Shown here one piece after another: positions 55,571 to 64,000 of a stretch of 64,000 nucleotides of DNA. The translations under genes and the position numbers were made by a program. The stretch covers positions 143,592,001 through 143,656,000 of the forward strand of contig JBITNC010000001.1 of the NCBI GenBank assembly GCA_050084985.1, in the 5' to 3' direction. The notes under the pieces are model-generated. The model did not search any database, had not been told where the DNA came from, and saw only the letters and a program-made list of their open reading frames with translations. The DNA is from Nageia nagi. Taxonomy: Eukaryota > Plantae > Pinophyta. Position 1 is the first letter of the stretch; each line of letters begins with the position of its first letter.

Positions 55571-56342
55571 GAGGTAATATAAAAAATACTCCTACTTTTC
55601 AAGAAATATCGAAAAATATCCCTATCATGTGATTTAGATATTTCTGAAAAAATTAGAATTATTGCTAGCTATGTAGGTTTCTTCCTAGAGGTGAACGAGG
55701 AGACCCTTGAGGCAGATTCAAAACTCTATTGCCTGGTAATACCATTTCACCACCATGCACTCTTGCTCTCCTCTTGGAGAGAACTTCTAGTAAAAGGGTT
55801 CACATAGTTTCTCCTCATTTTCATGGCTACTTCTCTTTAGTAATACTTACTCCACTACTACTTAGATTCAAGGTTATGTGATATGGAAATCAAAGCTAAT
55901 AAATCGCAAGGTAGACCCTATTGCAGATGATGATGTCATGTGTGAAGAAGAGGTAACTTATGAGGGAGACTCCCTAGAAGTTGTAGGTGTCCTATTATAG
56001 GCCAATCAAGAGGATTGGGGGAAGATTCACAAACTTGCTAAACTTATATAAATAGCATAGAGGAATATAAAAGCTAGTACAGAATATACCAGCATTTATG
56101 GATAGAACTCCATTGCTAACACTTACGCATCATATGCACAGTGTGGAAGTGTTGGTTGCTTTGTAGTGTTGATAGAATTGGGCATTTTTTGAAAGTTACA
56201 ATTGATATTTGTGAAATTGTTTCCCAATCTAATGGACATAATGGATAATTCTTCTTCAAATTAAGTTGTAGGAAAAAACTTTGCATCCGAGGTGTATTTT
56301 CGATATTTTTTTAAAAATTAGAGGTATTTTTTATATTTCCCC
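55571..56342. mobile_element. Non-autonomous TIR element, Mutator-like (possible Pack-MULE)
   Basis: ~50-bp imperfect TIRs: GAGGTAATATAAAAAATACTCCTACTTTTCAAGAAATATCGAAAA vs rc GGGGAAATATAAAAAATACCTCTAATTTTTAAAAAAATATCGAAAA. Interior is richer in GC and coding-like; no clear TSD. Confidence 0.6.
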
Positions 56343-56374
56343 TAAATTTTTAATGTCTACTCATTCCACTTGAT

Positions 56375-56520
56375 GGTTATGGACATAAAGTACCATTATA
56401 GCCATGGCATACCCGAAGCCTAAACAAATTATAACATGTTAAGAAAACCATTTAGAGATTCAAAATTGAGACCTCCTATATAAGAGTCAAAGCTTGAACC
56501 AATGCACTATCCCCTTAGGG
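56375..56520 (-). mobile_element. Possible tRNA-derived SINE
   Basis: rc has an A-box-like TAGTGCATTGG and a B-box-like GGTCTCAATTTTGAATCTC at tRNA-like spacing. Confidence 0.3.
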
Positions 56521-58710
56521 ATATCTTTTCATTATATATTATTCAAAATAAAAATTGGTTTGCTTTAAACTTAGTTGAATGTTGTATAATTTTTTTCATG
56601 TATGTTGAATTTTTGAATTGTAGGATTTTAGGGAATATATAGAAAATTACAATGTATTTAATATAATGTTTATTATTATTTATGATTTGTAAAGTCTATT
56701 TACTTATGGTGTTCTAGTCTCACGAGATACAATTCATTCATATAATATTTAACATAAGATCTTTTGATTTTGTTTTGATATATCCTGATATGCTCTAAAG
56801 CATGGACCCTCTTTTCATCAAAATTATTTAATTATCTTAACCTTGCTTTGCTTTTGTCTTATACATTAATGATATTCTCTAAAGAAACCTTTAGGAGAGA
56901 TGGAATTTCTATATCTAAAGGTAATTCAACTTCATCACCATATACCAAAGAATATGGAGTACAACTAGTGTTGATTTTATATTTATCCTATATTTCTACA
57001 ATGTATAAACCAATTGTTCATATCAGTCTCTTTGATGCTTCTAAATTATATCTCAAATGATGTTGATAATGGTTTTATTTGTACCTTAGTCTTACCATTT
57101 CTTTGAGGATAATATGGAGATGGAAACTTTTATTGAATGTGGAAGACCCTGAATAAATTATTTACAAACTTACCCCTAAGATGATTTCCATTATCCATAA
57201 AAATCTAAAATGGCACACCAAGTCTTGTAATGATGTTTTCAATCAAGAACTTAAAAATTTGAGGGCCTTTTAGTTATCTTAAATGAGATTCATCTACCCA
57301 CTTTATGAAGTACTTACTTGCTATGATTATGAACTTATGACCTCCGCTTGACTTTGGATTAGTCACTCCTACTAGATCTATTGGCCAAATAAAAAATGAT
57401 GAAGGAAAAACCATTATGTGTAGCTCAATGGAAGGATTCAACTAAATATTTAAATGCTTTTGATAACTCATACACTTTCATACACTGATATAATAATATT
57501 ATTCAATTAATGGAAAATAATAACCTAATCTTAAGATGTTATGAATATTGAATTACAATTAAGATGATATCCACTTTGGCATTTATGTACTTTTTCTACT
57601 ATTTTCTTAGCTTCATCCTCAAGTAAACATCTAAGATAAGAACCATGAAAATATTTCTTATAAATTACCTCATAAATTAGACATACATTCTTATCTTTAT
57701 TCTTTGGGAATTCTACTCAAATACTTGAGGATGTTGTTATTTTTGACACATGCATAGATGTCTTTATACCATGGATAATTAGGTACAATATAAAATATTC
57801 TTATTTATTCATTATGAATAAAATTTATCATTATGTGTTTCTATAATACATGAGAAGGATTCCTAATTATTTGGAGATCTTCATGATGGTATCCTCATCT
57901 TCTATTGGAATAGGAACTTTATTGATACTATAATAGCCATGTCATCAACAAACCTATTGAAATTTATTAGAATAATCTGAATGTTAACTTTATTAAATCA
58001 CTTTAGGATCATTTCTTCAAGTAATTTTGTATAAGGAATCAAATTTTCATGTTTGATTTTGTATATACCATTGATTTGATTGATAATTAGCTAATTATCA
58101 TTATATATGCCTAGATTCTTAGTATTAAGCATAGCTACAATTTTATATGTGTGTGTGTGTGTAATGTAAAAAATAAGCTTATATGCCATTGGAATCAATC
58201 CCCCTTGAGGATTAATAAGAATATTAACTACTTCAACTCCTCTAATGCACTTTCAACCATCAAAGTAAGGATTCCACTCATCACATAACTAAGGAATTAA
58301 CTTCATGTCTAACTTCTTCTTGATAAGAAGTTGAGTAATCATAAAGAGCATCAACTAAGAAATTATTTATTACTTTATCTTTTATATATTTGTTATATAT
58401 GTATAATAAATCAAATTCTTACAATAGCATTACCCATTTTATCAACCTACCTTATAGGTGAGGTTTGGATAAAATATACTTGAGAGGATCAACTTAGGCA
58501 ATAACAAATCTTGTATTTATGATCATATATTTGCTTAACTTGGTAGTAGTAAACATAATAATATAATAAAAAATTTCAATGGGAGTATACCTTATTAGAA
58601 ATATCTTCATGCTCAAGCAATATATTAGAAATGTAATATATTGATCTTTCTTTGCTATCATCTCCTCTTTAAGCTAGCATTATTTGTAAGGCATGCATTG
58701 TGTGTAGAGT

Positions 58711-59089
58711 TGTATCTAAATAGAGGATGAAATTATAGTGCAAAAATAAATTAATCAAGAAACACAACAATCAATGAAACACAAAGAACACATAAGATTT
58801 ACTCTAGTTCATCCAATGTGGGCACTCTAGCATGTCAAGAGCTTCTCCTCCTTCTATATTATTTCTTACAATGAATAATTCTACATAAATAGCTCATTAC
58901 AATAAATATATAGAAAAACCATATATATTAAACCATAATGTGTTATTAGAAAAGCATGAGCTAAACCACCCATCCTTGTGCTAATATGAAACCTTGGGAA
59001 TCCCACCAACACCATGTGTAAATAGGTGAATCTTAGGCGAATCCCCAAAAATATTTTCCTAGACCACTAAGATAGGAGCCTAATATACA
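58711..59089. mobile_element. Solo LTR (379 bp) inserted in the Tat RNase H region
   Basis: Ends TGTAT...ATACA; flanking 5-mers AGAGT/ATAGT (4/5 match, TSD); non-coding interior. Confidence 0.7.
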
Positions 59090-59559
59090 ATAGTTCCACT
59101 TCCAAGGATGAGCCATATCCAAACTTATGGATGAGATATAGAAATATAAAGCCTTCAAATAATCAACAAGACTTAACATAGAAGGATTGAGCAAAGTATC
59201 AAAGCATTTTGGTACTTATTATACCAAAAAAAAAAATTAATATCCTTATTGAGAAAATGACTATATGGGATAGCCTTATCAACCAACTGAGTAATAAACC
59301 TTCTTATAGCCAATACTTTGCCTTACAAACTTCTTAGTTTCTTGAGATTGTTTATAAGAGGAATCTCATTTATGGTCTTTATTCTTATAATCCATTTTTA
59401 TCCCTCTTTTGGATATAATAAAGCCTAACATCTTTTCACTTGAGACTCTAAAGATATATTTCTAAGTCTTAAATCTAATCTTAAAATTATTTAATGCTTC
59501 AAAGACATCCCTAAAATTTTTGAGATTATCTTCTTAATTCTTAGACTTGAATAGGATAT

Positions 59560-60731
59560 TGGTAAGTGCAAAGAGATGGGTCCAATTTATGGCCAAAAAG
59601 TGGGTGCTTTTTCTTTGATTTTTAGTTTGGTCATTGATCTCAAAAGTTTAAACATTTAGAGATGAAATCTTGAAAAGGTAACTTCTATAAAATTGTAGTG
59701 CTCCAAGTCTATTTTTCAAATATGTAATTTATTCAAATAACCATATGATATAAATTAAATTTTGATGGACATGTATTAAAAATATTATTGAAAATTTCTT
59801 ATTTTAGGATCATACTAATAATTGTTGGGGCTACATAAGTTGAACTAAATTAAAGTATTTTTTGAAATTCTTTTGGAAAAATATAGTTATACATTGAATA
59901 AAGTTTAGAATAGTTTTTCATAATTTTTTGATGAACATTTTTCAATTAATTTTTACTATCCCTAATTACATTTTTTAAAAGTCCTTTTGTTGGGCTTGCA
60001 TAACTTGACCTTAACTTGTCCCGTTTTAAAGTTCTTTTTATTTAGTAGAGAATTATGTGTAGAATGTTGTTATATAATTTTTTCATAATTTTTTAAAAAA
60101 GTTATTAAAAAAATAAAATAACCTAATTTTTCAAGTTTATGGATAAGTTTGATTGAAAATTAATTGAAAAATTCAAAATATAATCCAATTGTAAAAAAAC
60201 TTATATATTTGAAATCTACATTTTCTCATCTATAATGAGTTTTAATTTCTTAAAAAAATTTTGCAAACAATATTATCAAATATGTGTTTGAAGTTAGTCT
60301 TTTCCCTTTCCATTGATAGGAACTTGTATGTGCTTGTCCAAGGCTAAGGATTGGCTCACCATGCCTCTCCCAAGCCAAAATAAAAGGTAAACCCTTAAGG
60401 AAATGGATTTTGAATGGGATCCCATTATAAAATAGGATCCCAATCTGAACGAGATCTTGTTATATATCAAGAACCCATTATTTAAAGTACAATCAATCCA
60501 TGTGAAAAGGAATGAGATCCTATTTTTCATAAATTTGCAATTTTTCAAAAATGGGATCCCATTTTAGTTGGATTCTTGAACCATATATAGAGATCCCATT
60601 TTCATTTTGGCTCAAGAACCTAGAATAAAATAAGATCCCAATTTTAATAACATGAGATACTATTCTATCTAAAAATTTTCCAAGTCATCCCGTGTCCATG
60701 TTTAGTGGATCTAACATCTTGCATGCAACCA
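59560..60731. mobile_element. Non-autonomous DNA transposon-like insertion (1172 bp) at the RT YVDD motif
   Basis: Ends TGGT...ACCA with imperfect TIRs sharing TGCAAAGA; TAT duplicated on both sides. Removing it restores KVYVDDILFKS. About 8 subterminal GGGATCCC(A/T)-like repeats at 60410-60665. Confidence 0.75.
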
Positions 60732-63700
60732 TATCATCAACATATACTTTAATTATCTTATGAATAAGATCATGAAACTTAAATACCATTACTCTTTCAT
60801 ATGTTGCTCCTATATTTTTAAGACCAAAAGCCATTACATTGTAAGAAAATGTACCCTAAGGATTATAAAAGATTGTATTATGCATATCATTGAGATTAAT
60901 TTTAATTTGATTATGACATGAGAAGCTATTTATGAAAGATATGCATTCATACCCAAATGTGGTATTTACTATTATATCAATGTGATTAATAGAAAAAATA
61001 TCTTTTTGGCATGACTTGTATATGTCTCTATAGTCTATATAGAACCTTACCTCTCTACTTGACTTCATGGCTGACTGTATATTGAAAAAGTAAGGGTAAT
61101 AACCAATTGGTTCAATGAAATGAAGCTTAATGTACTTATGTATCTCCTTGACCAATAAATCCATTTTCAAATGTATAAGCCTATTATTGTGTTTGGATTC
61201 TTATGATATACACTTTTATGCATCAAAAAGTTAGAATCAAACTTAGGCATATCATCATAAAAATAAGGAAGGATCTCTCCAATCTCTAATATGAATGTAT
61301 GATATTCCTTTATTTTTAAGGCATTGAACCACTATCTAATATTGACAATATTGGTATCCTTCTATGCCCCCTTATTAATATCAATGATGTTCTCATTTAG
61401 CCAAGTTACCTCATCTCTCAGTTGAAGAGTGGTTGACCATTCCTTTATCCCTATCATAAGATTTGATCATCCATATCATAACCTTATGAATAACCCCTCT
61501 TTCTAACTATATAAAAATACTCCTAGTCCTACTACCAAAATAATAATGTGGGCTAGTGTAGTAAGAGAGAACCTTTTATGTATTCGATCTTTAAGCCAAA
61601 GTATGCATAAGGTTGAAAAATCTTGATTTTTCTTCTCTTAGTATGTCTTATTGGAAACTTAGTTCTTGCCCCCATTGTGTCAATAATTGTATCATTTATT
61701 TAGAAGACATTTATGGATATAAGATAACATGGAAATAACATGGGAAAAGGAGAATTGTGATATGTTAATCTAGTATAGATGTGAAACCTAAAATTGAAGT
61801 TTACCTCAACATAGATGCATCTCTTATTCCTTTTGGAACCTCTTATTTGATTTATTCAATTTTGGCCATATTCATTGATTCTCTTTTTTAATTTGGATCA
61901 CTCCCTTCTAACCATGATTTTAACTTTCTTCTAATTGGAAGGAACTCTTCACATATAAAACTTTCTTATCAAGCTTTAGAGCTATCCCAAATTTGTTAAG
62001 TAATTCCCCCATTCCTGATTCTATTTTGATTGATCCTTATTCTTTATAATAATATTTTTTATAACATATTTTGATCCAAAAGAATAATGATTATTATTAT
62101 GTTTCATTTTCTTGTGTAACTTTTCATATATTCTCTTTTGATTCTTTCCTTTCTATGGCATAGACTCTTCATATTCTAATTATTCTTCACTTTTTTATGT
62201 TTTTTATAAAGTATATTCATTATAAAGAACTTTTTTTCCTATTATTCATAATATTTGGAACAAATGAAATAACATTGATTCTCTTTGTGGAGTGTTCGCT
62301 CCTCAATGTGAACTCTATTAAAATAGATGGTTATGAAAGCTTATGAAGATCTTATATAAAGAGAGAAGATCTACATCTTTGTAACAATAGGTATTAACTC
62401 TTCTTTCTTTAATTTCTAGTTCCTAATATTTTTTACCTTTTATATTTTCTATTTTATTGAATAACATAAAAGTAGCTTAGACCTATACTTCCAATCATAT
62501 TTCTAGGATCATTTTATATTTTAATTGTATACACCATTGCATCATGCTCAAATACTAAGCATTTTTGCAAGGTGGAAGGAATAGAATGTACAACATCACG
62601 GTCTTCTTTGGAGGTTATTGTATATAAGCTTCTAATCCATGAAATAGTTCTTTGTTTCAATGGTCTTTGATCTCACTTGCATTGGTAAGTGGAGATACAT
62701 GACATATTATTTTTATATATTATCAAATCCCTTGATTCTTATTATATACATTTTGAACTTTGAGAGTGACATTTCATCAAAGTATTTGATATTATTCAAA
62801 GAGTAAATGTTGATCCCTAGTATAGTATCCACCAAGTATTCCTTTTTTTCTTTCATATAATCATAATATGAATGTGTAAATCTAGAGTGCAATCTATGAC
62901 CTCTTGAGTTGGTATCTCTTTCTCATCAAATTGAATCATGTTAACTTGTCTCAAAGAATGAATGATATCTATAAAGGTACTTGTTAGAATGGTAGGATAA
63001 ACATATTCTTTATCTAATTTCTCAAGTAATTTAAGTCTAATATTTTTATAATTCATTAATAAATCAAGTAAATTAATCATATCAAGTTCATTTCTTAATT
63101 AATTAACACAATTATAAGTAAATTATGCTTAGAATAATAAGGTACATATTTTTATGAAGAGTAGTAGGGTTAAGAATATATCATTTTTTACCTCTTATGG
63201 CTAAATTAAATTCTTATTTATCTTCTTATTCAAGTATTATTCTTCAATATCATCATGTATAACCATATTTTCCATATTGACTATTTGATGATATCATTAT
63301 TTGTAGGAGGCTCAAAGATTACCCCATTCTCATATTCTACCTTACATCATCAAGAAGCTCCACAAGCATTTTCTTTAAATCAAAATAGTTATTCATAAAA
63401 TTATCTTTTACTTAATGATATCCATAATGTGCATTTTATTTATACCATCTAGTATTTTATTCACCTCCCATTAGTTCTTTCCCTTGAACTCTTTTTATAA
63501 AGCCTCCTTTAAGGTTATCTTCAAGCATTTTACTTTAGTGAATCAAGAGCTAAATAAATATTGTTTTTTTATTTCTTTCTTATTTTGATTCTTATTTTAT
63601 ACTAATTTCAATGGCATTAATTATCTTAGTAATTTTTATATATTTTTTACAATTAAATTTTGTTACATTTGTGTACTTTAATTGACCAAATATAACCATT

Positions 63701-64000
63701 TCTTATTATTTTTTTAATCAATTTACAATCCATATCCATGAAAGGTTTATGTAAATGGGTCAAAACCCCTACACCTCAACCACTCAAAACACCTATGAGT
63801 GATTCCAAGGATCTTGATTCATTTGCATATAATTTTCCTATGTGAGTATTGACAATATTGACAAAGATAGGTTTTGAAAGTTGTCCTTTATAGTTCAATG
63901 TTGCAAGAAGCTATCTAGACTTAAAAGGAGTGACAATATGTTATTGAAGGTTTAAAACCACAAGTCTTTGGGATATTTCCTAACTCAAAAAGGTTGAAGC

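Larger units (their letters stand above)
56760..64000 (-). mobile_element. Tat/Ogre-type Ty3/gypsy gag-PR-RT-RH-aRH-INT, decayed, extending beyond the right edge
   Basis: RT ORF 60856-61170 (IEPIGY..VRFYIDYRDIYKSCQKD), YVDD at ~60735-60746, RH 58330-58700, aRH with YFDG at ~58255-58270, INT 56830-57750, protease ILVDT at ~62825, and a gag knuckle-like region at ~63350-63450. Confidence 0.88.

Overview
A 64-kb window of very AT-rich land-plant nuclear DNA. It is probably from a gymnosperm, inferred from the style of the PLS-PPR motifs, the Tat/Ogre-type and Reina-type Ty3 elements and pervasive C>T/G>A decay; the species cannot be determined. Only two genes look intact, both intronless and both in CpG-retaining islands: an L-type lectin receptor kinase of the LecRK-S.1 type (12397-14397, +) and a small DUF761/cotton-fibre-protein-like gene (54356-54760, -). 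The rest is mostly nested, decayed repeats. These include three Tat/Ogre-type LTR elements, a chromovirus inserted into the integrase of an older copy of its own family, several L1-type LINEs, a solo LTR and non-autonomous TIR elements. There are also large fields of shuffled PPR(-DYW) pseudogene fragments. The most unusual observations are: (1) an L1 carrying an extra decayed ORF between ORF2 and its poly(A) tail; (2) an ORF1-only poly(A)-tailed LINE with an apparent TSD; (3) repeated co-oriented LINE-to-PPR chimeras, one of which is duplicated on both sides of the LecRK gene; (4) a PPR-derived field of direct and inverted repeats. All alignments were made by eye, and boundaries of decayed elements are approximate.
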